Part shown: piece by piece, positions 24,390 to 39,482 of the stretch | Position numbering within the stretch: the stretch's first letter is position 1 | Layout of the letters: each line of letters starts with the position of its first letter | From: Catajapyx aquilonaris | Lineage: Eukaryota | Assembly (NCBI GenBank): GCA_000934665.2 | Contig: KZ538167.1 | Location: forward strand, 1 to 64,000 | Reading direction: 5' to 3' | Length of the DNA: 64,000 nucleotides | Program-made: the position numbers and the translations under genes | Notes under the pieces: model-generated | Told to the model about the DNA's origin: nothing | Seen by the model: the letters and a program-made list of their open reading frames with translations, nothing else | Databases searched by the model: none

Positions 24390-27300
24390 TACCCTGGTGT
24401 GACGAAAATTGCATTGTCGTCGGCCCGTCTTTTCCGCAAAATGTACTTCAGTAGCCTCCCAGCACATTTCGCGTGCATAATAATTACACCCGAAGATTTT
24501 AACTTCCTGGAGCCAAGTGGCAGTGAAGCCGTCCGGTCACATAATGTCGGGCGAGGAAAAGAGCCCAGGTGTATATAAAAGAGTAATTAGCACCACTGCA
24601 TGTGAAGCCTCTAGTTACACGCATGCAATATTTACAAGCTTGTTGCTCAAGTTGGCCCACTTGTGGCACCTACTGACAGTACATTTTTCCTGGTGACACG
24701 TTTAATTTTGTATGTACCCTACTTTTTAGGGGGTCCGGGTTATCTTGTCAGTTAGTGTAGGTTTCGCACATTGGACGAACATCCGCTTGAAATACGACTC
24801 TCAACAGCAGACAATGCTTAAAGCTGGTTGGGGAGGTTTAAGCACCAGGTTTTGGGTAATAAAGGGTGGTAAATGATACGTGTAATTAACAATGCTTTTT
24901 GCTAGGTTGAAATAACATCGCTTTCTGCTCCAGTTTTGTGTATCTTAGGTGGGGAAACATGAATTGGAGGGTTCGAATATCCGATTGTATGCATTTCATT
25001 TGTGCGTTGGGCTCGAGATATCTGACACCATCCAAAATTTGTAAGGGGGAGGGGAGGGTCTTTGTTTTACAAGGAAAATTTTTAAAAATATTTTGGTGTT
25101 TGAGCAGGATTTCTATTGGCGCCTGAAGCACACGAAATACAAGGTTTTGTTGATAGAACCTGTAATAGTGCGGTACCGAAGTACGCGTCGGTGCACTTGT
25201 TGGTTTGGCAGAGGGTTATTGTGCGGACAAACGTCAAACGCTCAGGAAGGAATGTCGGATGTGTTGCATGAATTATTTCTGGGTATTCTGGAGTACGGGT
25301 ATTGCTCTCGCTTTGAATTGAAAGTGATTGTGACAGTAGCAGGGCACAGAAAAAGCTTAATGCTAAGCTTTGCATGCACTGTTGCATATTAATTAAAGTG
25401 TACGTAACTAATATTAAAGTCACCTTCTTGAGTGAATAATTGTTTAAAAATTATTAAGGAGGTGACAAAAATTAATAAATAAGCGGATATAACCAGGTTA
25501 TTTTCAACTTTTTTCATTCCATATTCTTCGTACCTTCATAGCACGCTTCAGACCTAATTACCTAAAGCTAATAAAATTATTGAAGTTGCCGGATTGTTGT
25601 GCTGTCCTGGATCCTGGAGGCTGACAATTCTGTAGGGTCCAACTCCAATTAGGATGTTATTATGTTGTTTGCTTACTCCGCTTCATGAGAATGTTTACCA
25701 ATAAGTACCTCCAGTTTGTGGATAATTGGATTTTGGGAACTGATTATTATCATCATTTCAATATTATAAAGGTTCGTGCCCCTAAAATATGAGGAATAGG
25801 AAAGCCTTTTCCTGTACATATTAATCATTCTGGGAAATTTTCAGCCACATTGATCGAAAACAATAATTAGGACCCGGTGATCGAACTCTGGACTTCAGAA
25901 GGTGCGACTCTATTCAACTCTGATGGCATAGCCATATAGGAACTACTATAAATCTGGTGGAGTTAGGCATGGCTGTGTGTATACTCAGAGTAGCTAAGGG
26001 GTTAGCTGTTGTTTACGTACGGACTAACTCCGAAGTTAGCTTTAACTGATATTCATGCTAGAGCCAGAGGGCAAACATTTCTCCCATTTGAAGCAGGAGA
26101 ATTCACATATTCCCTTAGGTAAGTCACATTGTAATACTAAAACAAAAGGAATTTGCTTACTCCTACAGGGCATATCATCAACATTCATTAAGTCAGGTGT
26201 GCGCAGCCTGCTTGAAGGATCGGTTTCAGAAGAAACGAAATTATGGATCACCCTGTGCAGCAGTAACAGTGCCTGCTGGGCCCTGAATAATGGACCTTTT
26301 CTCCTTGTACCCACCGACTTCCCTGGTAGATATCTGTTGAGGATGCTTACCCACATGTATCATTAATTAATTCGCCCATGTGCTGGTGCCAGGACACGCC
26401 CATAAATTATTTGAAGGCGAAGAGACCGATTCATAATTCAATGTGCAAGAACCTACGGCTAGCAGTCGTAATGCCTTTCCTTTTCACCGGGTCCTTTTCC
26501 AAACCCCCCCTCGAAATAGCCCTGGAGTCCAGCCTGACCAATTAAAGGGCCCCAACTTTGGAGCGCATATGAATAATACATGGGAAATGTACTATACGGC
26601 CCAGCAATTAGCGAAGAGGCGAAACGGGGGAGGAGGGCAGGTGAAGGCCATATTAATCAAGGCTCGGATGCTTGCAGTCTGAGGAGGAGGGATTGGGAAA
26701 GTGGAAAGTCTTCATCTGGACCAATTGACCCTTTGAAGCGCGAGACAAATCGCTGTTGGGAGCAAGTGCCTCGTTAGGCGCAGACAACACGGGTAAGAGG
26801 CCTTTAGGGCCCCGGACTGGTCATTAAAGGAACGGCAGACGTGCATCGGTTAAGTCATCCTGGGATCCGATATATACCGGAGTACCCCCAAAGTCTTTGA
26901 AGCAATCACCCTCAAGCTACAGCAGAGAGGAAATCGCTCTAATTTCTCGTCTCCTACCACCCCTGGACTGCTCCTGGACTAATTTTTATCCGGTGTTCAC
27001 AACATATTTACTGACTTGCAAAAAGACAAGTGCATAACGCCCTGACCTTACCATAACTAGCAGTTTACGACTGAAATCTGGCGGACTTTGTAGCTTTATG
27101 AGGCGTGGACAGATTCCTGCTAATGAGCCATCAAGTTGTTCACTCACCGCCTCCAGGTCTTTAAAAAACCGCGAATGAAACTCATGCCATCCAACCATGG
27201 GTAATGGGTGTACAGTGTATGATGTTCCTACTGTCCTACTTTTAATCCGCTGCTTACTTTTGTTAAAAGACAAGAAAAGCCCGCGTATTTTTCTATAGGG

Positions 27301-27584
27301 CGCAGGTCTAGAAAGCCACTTGCTTCGCTCGCTTGTTTCTAGGCCTGCGGTGAACACCGTATTTTTAATCGCTTCGGACTTACAACCAGTGATGACGCCC
27401 ATGATGTCCTACAAGGGACTTTAGCACTTTTCATTTAAACATTTTAAGTGAATTCTCCAAGAGCCTTGAAGCCTACGTGATCAGGTTTACCAATCTTCCT
27501 AAGAATAGGCATCAGCCCTTGCAAACAAGATGGCGTCGGAAGTCGTAAACAAAATGGCGGGTCCCCCCCCCCCCCCCCCTTTTT

Positions 27585-27743
27585 NNNNNNNNNNNNNNNN
27601 NNNNNNNNNNNNNNNNNNNNNNNNNNNNNNNNNNNNNNNNNNNNNNNNNNNNNNNNNNNNNNNNNNNNNNNNNNNNNNNNNNNNNNNNNNNNNNNNNNNN
27701 NNNNNNNNNNNNNNNNNNNNNNNNNNNNNNNNNNNNNNNNNNN
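27585..27743. other. Assembly gap (159 N) flanked by a poly-C tract on the left and a poly-G tract on the right
   Basis: Read directly. Confidence 0.99.
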
Positions 27744-28883
27744 GGGGGGGGGGGGTTCTAGACCTAGTTTTTTTTGTGTGTCCTCTAGCTTTGGACATAA
27801 ACAGATGCGGATTCGTCGCATGCGGTATGTCAAGCACGTTTCGATCTCACGCGGTAAAGGTAAAAGGCAAGTCTGCCAGGAGAAAAGGAGAGAAAAAAAT
27901 CGTGGGTTTGTCGCTGGGAATCTTGGCAAGGGACACAGCAAGAGATACTTTTGTCACACGTGAAAATCAAGCTGAGAGAAAGCACCTAAGTGAATTCCTT
28001 GCTAACTGTTAGTTAACCCCGTTGCAGTTGTTTTTTTTAAAGATGCAACCGGTTTTAAGTTGGCCCACATTTTGGGCAAATTGGTTCACCCGATGCAGCA
28101 TCCAGCCTAATCTGTTATGCAGCTATTTTAGTGAGCATGATGCAAATAATTAATAACATTTCGCGGCCTTTTACAGCCCGACAAGGACGGAGTTGGAATA
28201 TTGTTGCTGTAAAAGATGCAAGGAAGGAACAGCTAGGGGAGGGTTTGCGGTTAAAATATTCAGCATGCTAATGTGGAGGGGGATTCGTGGCCTACTTTTG
28301 CTCGGATTTGCAATATTATTGCAGGATTCTATAGGGAAATTGCAAGGGTTTGTTTTTTTGCATCTGGACAGTACTGTAATTAATAAAATGACAACATGCA
28401 GAACGTCAGGCATTGTTCATATTTCAGTTTTAAAAATTGTGCAAAAATATTGCAAAAATTTGTGCATTTTTTTCATAGACACGTCACAACCGGCTCACGA
28501 GAATTTGCAAGCTTTTGACAACTTTCGGCGGTGTATTGTCAGCCTCGAAAAATTATCCGGCAGGGTTTCCCCATTATTCCGGGATTGCGGATTAGTTTTC
28601 CAACCCTCTCCCAGCAGGATTTGAGAGAGCTGATTGTAATTACGAGCTAGGAGTAAGTAGGCCAGAAAGACCCCTATCGGCCAAGAAATTCCGTCGCTGC
28701 CATGACCGCAGCTGTATGAATATGCAAGGTAACATGACGAATTAAACTCGACGCATAATGAATCAGTCAGTGCATAATGAGAGCTCGTTGCAATCCCCCG
28801 TCGCAATCCGGGACTCACCAGGTCAATCACCACTGGGATTTTTTTTTCTTCCCCTAGTATAGGGATTACCTTGCCCTCTCAGT

Positions 28884-28917
28884 ATTTTACCCCTTGGTGA
28901 TTTTACCCTTGGTGATT
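28884..28917. repeat. Short tandem duplication (ATTTTACCC(C)TTGGTG)x2
   Basis: Read directly. Confidence 0.8.
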
Positions 28918-31900
28918 CTTGAACCAAGATGGAGTAGGCTCCTTGCCGAGAAGGTCTGCTGAAATGGACCGGAGTAACAAGGAAAATGTAATTAGCTACG
29001 CCGGAATGAGTTTCCTTCAGTGCTGGAGAATAATCCCAAAAGAGCTGAGGGAGAGAACTAGCGAGGCGGTTTTTTTCTCGCTAGTTTTTGAAGCACCCCC
29101 TCGTATAGTGGTGTAGGATGTTGCTTGCTTCAACATTATTCGGGGGGGCTCTAGTGGGCCAAAAACGAGGTTAAGAAATGTCTGGAAACGAACCAAACAT
29201 TTGGATACGCCTCTGTATAGGGTATGTACAGAGATAAATGGCTTGAAATATTTTAAATAAATCTTCAAAAAAATTATAAATATTGGAACACAAAATATTG
29301 AAATATCCTAATAGTAAAAATGTAACAAATTTAAAGAAAAATGCGTGAAAATATAATAATTATTTCAGTATAAAAATTATCCATTGAAATAAAAATAATA
29401 ATTCAAATAATGACGAAATATTATGACACGTATTTGACTCTCTAGTCTTCGAATTTTTATTTAAACTCGTACATTTACACTCGCACTGTACAATAAGTGA
29501 CCTACTGATAATGCATAAACACCCTGTACGTATAGACGCAGTTATGCATACGACCCATAAGTTTGTAGAGGCCCTTCTCTTAAATCAGGTGTGCCAAGTG
29601 CCAATTTGTCTCCTTCGATTAGAGAGGGGACTGGGTGGGGTGCGGAAAAGAATGGCCCCACCTAATTAGGGTTAATAAATAGAGGAACAATCGGCGGTTC
29701 TGTGTATATCGTCACGGATTTATCGGGGGGGAGCTCCGGTCGTGAGATTTTCAGCCGTGATTTAATTCGGGATTGTAATTACATCGGAGGCCAGGGTTAA
29801 TAGCGACTGCTTTATACCTTTTACCTGAGGCGACGTCCTAGGAATAATATGTATATAGGCGAAGTTCCTGTAGGAGCATGCTGATGTATGCTTATTAGGG
29901 GATTGCATGCATCGCAGGGAAAAGGGGATTTAAAGATGAATTAACGGCCGGTTAAATATACGACGTGCTATACGGTGCGCTCGGGGACAAACCGCGTCTT
30001 TTAAAAATGAATATTACGAGCACAATCTGCTCAAACGGGTGATGACCGTGAATTATTTGACTAGAGTCACAGCACTGCTTGACGGATAAGCTGCAGTCAA
30101 TAATTACTCATATGGACCCAAGTTTAATAATATATAGCGACATCGATGTGGAAAAACGTTGGCGACTATATACTCTCATTTGTTAAATATTTATACAGGT
30201 GGAGTCGCCATAATTCAAGCAGTTCAGTTTGAACAAAGCGTATGCCCATGATTGTTGATTCTGTTTAAAGTGGCTGCTGGAGTAAACAATCAGTAACAAT
30301 ACCCTTATCACCAACAATGAACTGTCGACTTTGGCACTACTTCATTGTACCTGCAGGGCAGCCATAAATTTAAAATGAGGAGTTGCTATATTTTACTATA
30401 ATAACAGCACGTTTCGGAGTTTCATGATGCCTTCTGGGCCATCGTTAGTTTTATTAATTACATACTAATTATGTGCGCGGACCTCTGAACCGTCTCAGGC
30501 TGATATAGACAAGTGATGAATAGGAAACAGTGTAAAAGCAACCAAGAATTTTGGGTTATAGTGGTGGTATATGCATAATGTAATTAGAATTATTTACCCA
30601 GAGCTCAAAAACTCGCTGTGTATCTGTACTGCTGTGTGCCTCGAAAATTTCAGAATTTCAAAATTTCAGAATAGAGCCGCAATGTTGCTAATTAAAATGA
30701 TTTTTCATTCTTTGGGCTTTGGCTTTTAGAGAATGACGATTTTTTTAAAAAAAATCTGACTTACTAAGCATTATTTGTCTGATATTCAATAGTTGTCTGA
30801 TGGATGCGGGAGTCATCAGGATTGCAAACTTATAGTTACCTGAAAAAAATGGCAAAATTTTACTTGAAAATTGATCTGTTTGTGAACATATAATGGCGAG
30901 TATACGATTATTTTGACAGCCTTGTATTTCTCCCATTATTATTTTGCTGGCTTAGACGTTCGCTACATACAAACTACGCTATAATATTGAAAGTTTTAAC
31001 CGGCAGCAATTTTTCTCTCAAGTTATGCAGCGCAGGTTTGAATATTAAATTTTTGTCTTCATGCTATATATCCGACATTACAAGCACAGAGATTTTTGTA
31101 ATTGCTTACATCGGCGGTGTCTATAAAACGGCTGCATGGTACATGACCCATGACAAAATTGAAAGCTGTGACACAATAAATGTGTGATGATGTCCAATCA
31201 ATAGCCAGTGAGTGTTGTATTTATAGCCGATAGCGCCTGGTCATTATTTTGTCAACTCGTCAGGTTTTGGCAATTCCTCTCCGTTTAATGAATGTACTAC
31301 ACTATAACTACAGATTGCGATGTCATTATCCAGAGTGAACAATTTTTTATAGTTATTGTTAAGAGATATCTTATATGTGTCAGTTACTTAAATTGTACAT
31401 GCAATTTTAATGCTCATTGCCGCAGAATCAGTGCGACAAATCGTTTCGCGCGACACACTTTTGTTGCATTGGATGTTCATCAGAGAGAAAATGGGTTTCG
31501 TCTTCCTCAGGACCTCCAGTCTTCCCCCTCGAAAACCTTCGAAGAGAAATCGATTTGATGGGCAGTGGTGTACAAGTAATGGTGGGAAAAAGACCGACTG
31601 GAATTGGTTAGACCTGGCTGAGGTTTTTACGGTCACGCTGACGACTAACACTTACCTTACTGTTCATCCACTGTTCCATCTCCAGACACTTTTTTTTCTT
31701 CTTCTTCTCTTCGTTGGCGTCTTCTTAGGGTATGTTGTGGAGATTCCGTCGCGAAAAATTCCAGAGGAGCAACCATCTGGGGAATTTCCCCGAGGAAAGC
31801 TCGAGATGAGAGGCGCTCTTGGTAAAAAGAAGAAGAAGAAAAAAAAAATTTAAAAGCGTTGCACCGATACAGGGTTATCAATTTTTCATGGTGCAAAGGC

Positions 31901-34900
31901 CTGACCCCGTATAAGATCCGGGGGAATTTTCATCACCCAGAGACATACCGGATTGGCCAGAAACCCTGCGAGGCTTACGAATGGCTGGCAATAGTCCCCT
32001 GTGTTTGTTGTTGTGTTCCTGACCGGAATAGTATCCGGGTAATGAGAGATGCATATTTATTAGGCCGGACTGCGTTGACCATTTCGTGTGTAGACATTAT
32101 GCGGTCTGGAACATTATGAATAGGCATTGGAAATTTATACCCTGTTAATTCTAAACGGTGGACAAATCGGACCCCGAAAATGTATACATAAAAATGGTGT
32201 TCCCGATGAGCCTAGTTGCGGAACATGCAACCTCAGGGAGTGCGTGATGTCACATGTGGCCAGGGGAGAGAGGGCTGGTTATAGTTTGATTATTTATACA
32301 GCCAATGTGGCCTGCAATTGCAATCGATATGCATTGGAGGTGCGGCTTTTAAAAATGAAAATGAGGCGTTAATGTAGTGGGAGAGGTGTCGCTAAAAAAA
32401 AAGAGACAGTTTTATCTCCCATCTGGTCGTATTCAACCGGTTAATCGAAGGTGCTTATGTCCCAAAATTTTATGATAAACCGAGACTCGTCATAAGCACA
32501 TATAGGTTAATACAAAAAAAAGCATGGACGGATCCGGATCGAATTTCAACCCTTTCCGTCGAACTCTGCCAAACTGCCTCGCATTAGCCCCGATTAACAG
32601 TCCTAATTATCTCTAAGAGTCCCCATGTCCTCCGTTTTTTGGGGGGTCTAGTATACGTGTAGATTGGCCCGGAACTACGGTCAGTTAACCCGTCGCATAA
32701 TCGTCCCCCCAGCTCGATACGAGTGGCCAAACTTCTGGTCAAATTGTCTCCGGTGTCGCCAAATATAGGTCCTCAGCATGTCCAGAGATAGTTATGGTTG
32801 ATAAGGGACTCCCCAGAGATGTTCTGGAGGATTCTATTGAGTGTAATTATCACCATTTTGGAGGGAAATATTTGTTTGTCATTTTTGCGCAGAAGTTGGA
32901 ATTTCACACTGTGTATTGTCTGAAGCGTCGCTGAGGTGCAACGACCAACCACTAACTTCCCGTGTAATTATCTCGATTCGGTACAAAACTTTGCAGCGTT
33001 TTCTTGGGGGTGTAACACCCCGAGGCGGTTGGTTTCTTCCAGCATCAAAGTCTGGAAAAGGTTAATCTCCAGGCGAGATTTCCTCTTCGTCTTCACCAGT
33101 GTTGGGGATGTCATTGTTTTTGGCGGGGACTAGAGAAACGCGGCCTATTCTGGCTGGAAAGCTGAGACAATAGACGTCCGTAGCATCCGGGAGTCGAGCC
33201 TCTGCTGTATTATAGGCCTGAAGGTATATTCTGCAGGAACAACTGCAGTCGGAAAGTTTCCCTTTGGCGTTCATCACCGGAAGCAGTATTGTTCGCCTTT
33301 GAGCTGCGGATTGCTTGTGGATTTTACCCGCCTTATTCTTGCCATTAATCAAGCCTCTCTTTGTGTTCTAACGACGAGCATATGTCAGGAGAGACCTCTC
33401 TTGGGGTGGATGTAGTTGCTGCAGTAATACACCGTAAAGGATGACTGCGGCTGCTTGTAGTGCGGCAACCCGAGGAGTTGAAGGGTTATGTCAACCTGAG
33501 TCGCATTCTGTTGTGTGTTACAGGCGTCATTTTCCTTTGAACCTTAATGCTGGATTAATATTTAAGAGTCTGTGACCTGCATACGCGCAGCAGACACCTA
33601 TACATTTGTAGGTTAATTTACCTATTCCACACCCTGTGCCTGTGCTTTGAAACAGAATATTGCATGCAATACACAACCCCATTGGAAGCACAAATTAGTT
33701 ATTCACGCGCCTTCACCTATCAAACGCTTTTGCTGTTGTTTGTGTAACCTTCGGGTGTGGCTCTGATTAGTTTGCAGGATCTGATGCGTGAGGTTAATTA
33801 ATGGCAACCACGTTTGAACCACCGGAAGACACGGTTGCCTTTAGAGGCTCAAACTGCTCGCAGAATTTGATATTTAGCTGCTTTCTAGTAACCCAAAAAT
33901 TATGTTGTAGTAGCTAAAAGTAAGTCATCAATAGTTTGTTAACAAATTTTTTTTCTTCCCGATTTCTAACTTCTCGAGTAGTCCAGGTTGTAAGACCAGC
34001 TCCTCCAGGGAAGGTGGAAAGTAAAGTCCAAAGTTAGTCCTCTAGCTTCATCAAGCTGGATGCACGATAATGAGCGGGAAGAGGAGAATCTAGGTCTTGC
34101 AGACTCTCCTTTTTTTGCTGGAGAAAATTTCCTTCTCCTTATATTCCTTTTGGCTTTGGAGGAAGCTGCTTGCATATTTCCTTGGCGCCTTTGCCGTGTA
34201 TATTAGGTGGTCTCCAGGACTAATTGCGCTGGGTCGCTACCAAAACCTCACGTCTAATTAACTCCGCCAAGATGCTGTTTGTGAAGTGCGGATTGCTGTC
34301 GAGCGGCATTATTTCCGAAAACGTGGCTAACGAGAAAATTATATTGAGCCTTGGGAAATTGCGCTTTTCCCAGGCTCAGCTCAAGCGAAATGGAGGAATG
34401 AAGCAATGCAAAATGCTGTTACTTGTCATGCTTTCGCAACAAACGCCTGAATATGCAGAATTGTATGTCCATTCATTCGATTGCAAATATTTTGAATCTA
34501 TCATTTGCGAAATACTGTTCCGTTTGTTCTGCCCGGCAGCGTAAGTGTGCAATGTCATCGTGGGAGATGACGCTAAACCTGGTTTACTTCTGCAGCTGGC
34601 CTTGTACAGCATGAGAGTCGGTCATATTTTTGCTGACTGTTACATTATTGCGGTTAAGAGTACGTATCATTTGGCTCTGTTCCATCGTGTACATCGTGAC
34701 TCAGCAAGATGGGGAGGGTTATTCAAAAGCCACTTTTTCCTGCAGCCTCACACAACAGTGGTCTTATCCAATTGACGTCAAGTGAAGGGTATCCTACGAT
34801 GGTAAAAGTGTACATATTATTTTATTTTGCACACCATTTGAGAGCTACCTTTCATATATGAAACTGGTGCTCTTTCCGTGCCATATATGGAGCCATGATA

Positions 34901-37900
34901 TTTACTCACCTCCGGTTTTATTTGTTGGCAGCCAGGGTTTTGTTGTTGGCGACACAATGCTGGCTCGGGGGCATGGAAGAGGCTGTTTGGCCGCTGCATT
35001 TGACCGCGTATGAAAATTTTCCAGCCCCCCCCCNCCTAGAACTCATGTCACAATGACACCGCGCGGGTCCCACACTCGAGCCCAGGATGTTATTTTGCCC
35101 ACTTTACACATGGGAATTGCAACGCCACCCATTCTAACCATGAATGAGAGTCACAGCCGCATGAACATACCAGATCATAATGTATGGTGCAGGTTTTCGT
35201 GATGAAGAACGGTGTTTCTCCCAACGGGGGTTATAAGACTTGAGGGCATATTACAAAACGAGAAAGAAAAAAAATGCCATGCAGTACATGGGTTCAGAAT
35301 GCAATGCTGCTACCTTTTAAAAACTGCATGTGGAAATCGTTCGTGAATTTTGCAAAAACAGCAAAAGCCCAGGGCAAACAGACCACGGCTCAATTTGCAG
35401 TATTTGTTGCGTGGTTCTGTTGCTGAGCAAATATAACACTATTTGCATGATTGCCGTTTATGATGATTGGTGCAGAGTGTATATAGGATTTCCTCCCATA
35501 ACAACAATACAACGTAGCCTTGAAGAAGCACTTTGTTGGCTATCGTATGATTAAATGAACTTCCGCAACTAGACACGCCCGGAACATTATTTTAAAGATT
35601 GGTCATCGATAATCGATTCGTGTCTCGATGGCTCTTCGGCGTCCTTATATAGTATTGAAAGCCGGTATTTGCCTCCAGGGTGCATCGAGAATAATTCGCG
35701 GGAGATAGATCATAGTCGGAGGCAATTTGAACCGAGAGCTTCACTCGGCAGAATGCAAGTGAGGCAAATTTCCTGTGGGACTTGCCATGCCCTCCTCACG
35801 TTTCCCGGTGTTCCATTAAGAAGGTGGGAAGGGGCTAAGAAAATTCACAAAGACGGTTTCTGCATATATGCAAGGACTAGGAAAGTGCACTTTTTTACAC
35901 TTACTATAGGTGCATGTGGGGGGGACTACATAAGGCATTTTTTTTGAATAAGTCTCCTCACTCTCGCCAATTATTTATTTGCATTAATTTATACACACTG
36001 CAGAACAATCAGTTGGAAAATTAATTTTGAACACCCTGTAGGTCCAAGCGAAAAAGCTGGCAAAAATTGGGGTCGCAGGTGGTATTTCCGCAGGAGAATT
36101 CCTGCTTGCTAATGATACGTGTGCGCTCATGACACTTACGGCTCGTTGAGTTTGTTTACACAGAGACTCACGATTTGTTGCGGATTACTTTTTTTTGTTT
36201 TGGCAGGGTCAACTTGTGCCCAGTATTAATCAGCATTGCGCTGAAAACCTTTCAGAAGTAGCCAATTTTTTGCATCTAACGAAATCATTTCCCTCCCTCT
36301 AGTCTGATTAGTGATTAGCAAAAAAAAAAAAAGTTTGGCAAAAACGAGTCCATTTTTCTCAAAAAACTTATTTCACGCCCAGTTGCTCCAAATAAAACAC
36401 GGATGCAGGGAAGCGCACATGCCCTTGAAATTGACGACCCTACCCGGGTTTTTGCCAAATGATCGAGATGGAGGACCTGAAGGGGGGGAGCCTAACTCTG
36501 CACGCGAAACTCTGCTAATTCCGCAGGATCAGGTAGAAAGCACGCGAGCGCTTGGAGCAAAGTTGTAGAGAGGGGGAAAAAATGGTAGTATGTTGATGAT
36601 CATGAAGAATCCCTGCTCAGAATTTTATGCTGAAGTATATAGCTAGGAGCATATTACGAAAATTAATGTTACAAGAAAATATTACCCAAAAAAACCTGCA
36701 AGAAAAAAATAATGCAATAAATAAAATAATATTACAAGAAAGAAATATTCAAATAAAATATTGAAGGAAGAGTGGTAAAGGTGCAAAACTCCTCTAAATT
36801 TTGCACGATTTCGCGCTTCCAGCACTATTATTTCCATATACTGGAAAACGACTTTTCTTGGCGAATATTCCAGTCAAATATATATTTCCGGGAGGGTTCA
36901 TCCTGTGACCACCAATCTCCGCTCCTTTTTCCGATACTCCTCAAACCGGAAGAGTTTCTTCTTTTTTCATATTTACTATGAGAAGAAGGAAAACGAGAGG
37001 GGCTCGATTCGAAATAACAATAGGGCTCTTCTGCAGCTGAAATGGGCAATTCAGAATCAATCCACGTCCATGCTGGGCTCCGGACGGTTTTCCTTTTTTT
37101 GGGGGGGGGGAAAAATAATAGTAAAAAAAAAGTGGGAGGGGAAGCATTAAAATAAGGGTTGGGCTCAATCAGGGAAAACTTGGGAGAAGTAAAATGGGGA
37201 AGTTTCTCTGCCTGCTTTTCCGAGTGAGTGGACATCAAGTCTTGGGTTCCGGGCCCTTTAGGACCGAGCATTAAATTGGGCAGTCTCAGAAGCAATGTCT
37301 TACCAAACTGCACCTAATTGCGTTGTTCAAAGTCTGACCCTGCTGTTTTATATACGCTTAGCCTGTCGCTCCCGTCCATAATGGTGCTGATTTAGGACTG
37401 GAAATTCGACGACCCTAGAAAACTTGCTAGAAATCCGTGGCTTAGAAGGTGACTAGGACTGTATTCTGATCTAAACGAACGGCATTCACCACGAGTTGTG
37501 ACGTAGGATCAATGTCATTCTCAAATGTAATAAACAATGCAATAAGTAGCAAAAATACCTGAACAACCGGAGGTCATTTTCTCACTTGTATAAGTAACGT
37601 GCCATTTTGAAGGGACCTGAAAAAAACTTCTGTCATAACGGCAAGTGCCTGATGCGATAGGGCCCAACAAAACCGGTTAGAAAAATCCATTATGAATGAC
37701 GAGGCATGTTTAACTCACTTTTGATGCAACCTGTCCCGTGCAGACTGTCCTAGACAACGAGGATGGAAATGCGAGCGTAGGGATGTTTTTCTTGGGACTA
37801 AAAAATAACTATCGTCCCATCTGATGGAGCTCTATCTGTAAGAAAACGTCGTCCATGTGAAATAATTGGCTTTGTTGGCGCTGACAGACGACGTCTGGAC

Positions 37901-39418
37901 CTAAGCGAGGAGGCTGGAGGAAGAGAAGAGAGAGTTTTGCGATCCTATCACGTGTCCTTCTCTTGTATTTTTCCCATCACACAGCTTGAATTCTGGGGGA
38001 GGAAAAAAAATGGTTGAGGTTTGCCGGTACGTGCACATGTCGACTGCGTCACTTGTCCGGACAGTTCTTTGTATTGAGAAGTGAACAAGTCAGGAAGAAA
38101 AGTGGAGGGTCCTGTCACAAGCAGGCATATTTTTTGGCAGGATATTTTCATGAAGATGATTCCAGAGGGTTAGAATCATGACGTGCAGTTAATGGAAGAT
38201 GGTCCTAAGACCGGTGACAATTTTGGGAATTGCACACTCTGCATGTAGAGCTTTCGGTTGTTATTAAGCAAATGGATGGAAAGTCACAGCTACTGAAATA
38301 TTTTGGAGACAATAGTAATTATCGAGATGAGAATATTACAAACACACAATTGTTTGAGATTCGTTGGCTGGAGTTGACTGGTACTTGAGAGATACGTCTT
38401 GCAATTATTTTAGCAGGATCTTGACGTTCATTGTGCGACGCGTGTGAAATTATAATGACGTTAAACAACGGTTGTAGCAAGTTTCAAAACGGAGGGAGCA
38501 AAGCAGCCTAGGAATAATGAGGCAACTTTGTACACGCGGAAATAACGACCTGAAACTTGCGTACTGTATAGTTCTCATACAATGAAACAAACTTGGGTCA
38601 TGCGGAAGTGAAATTATTTCAAATTAAGGTGACAAGTCCTAATGCAAATTTTGTGCACACAGTCTGGAAATGACATTGCGATTGCGAGTATGTCATGTCT
38701 TTGTGCTATGCATGTATATACTGTGCTGGGCTGATTAATAAGTTATACCAAAGTGGGTTTTCATCATATTTGTTTGTGTGGGTTAGTCTTTCTTTTGTAT
38801 ACGTAGTTCTACTCAGGGCTTCTATTAGACTAGAACTGGTAGTCTATCTGATGGCAGGCTGTAATTCGCTGATAGAACGACCCCATAGAATAGTGTCCTC
38901 CAATCGTGAGGATAAACCCTGCTGTGGAGATGGAATGAAAGGCTTTCTAACGATTTCTCCTGGAGGACTCTTTGTACAGGCCCTGAATTGAACGGACACA
39001 CAATAAAGGACCACCACAATCCTGCAGTGTTTGTAACTCAATATCCACCCCCCCTCCCCCTCACAAGTCCAAACGAGATAGAAATACTTGAACTCTGAAG
39101 GCTTGGAAGGTTTCGCGTTTCATCAGACTCATTTCGACGCTTAGAAGTGTGTTTCCAGGGAGGGGGTCTGCTTCCCCTGAGTAAATCATCAAGATTTTAC
39201 CTACTCTGGCCCCTTTGAAGAGTGCTTCAGTACTAAAACTTTGTGTTTACCGTCGCTTTATGCCGAAGACGCTTTTTCATAGAACATATCACCAGATTTT
39301 CCTGGAACCAATCCTTTTGACGGCCGGTCCCGTTTCCACCACATGAAAGCCAGTCAGCCCCTGGGCTAAAAGTTTTTCCTGCCTCTATAGTTTGCTGTAT
39401 GAGCAGAAATCGGGTGGC

Positions 39419-39421
<3 letters not shown>

Positions 39422-39481
<60 letters not shown>
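39422..39481. repeat. (GA)30 microsatellite
   Basis: Read directly; explains the ER/SL-repeat ORFs. Confidence 0.97.

Positions 39482-39482
<1 letters not shown>

Noticed and set aside
25865..25945. Minus-strand B-box-like GAGTTCGATC suggesting a tRNA or tRNA-derived SINE
   Set aside because: No proper A-box or cloverleaf, and no second copy seen.
27444..28012. ORFs spanning the N gap (e.g. MASEVVNKMAGPPPPP...)
   Set aside because: Their length is an artefact of Ns and homopolymers.
31511..31660. Exon-like segment (ttcctcag acceptor at 31510) and a strong minus-strand donor near 31655
   Set aside because: No recognisable peptide or partner exon; isolated splice-like words are common by chance.
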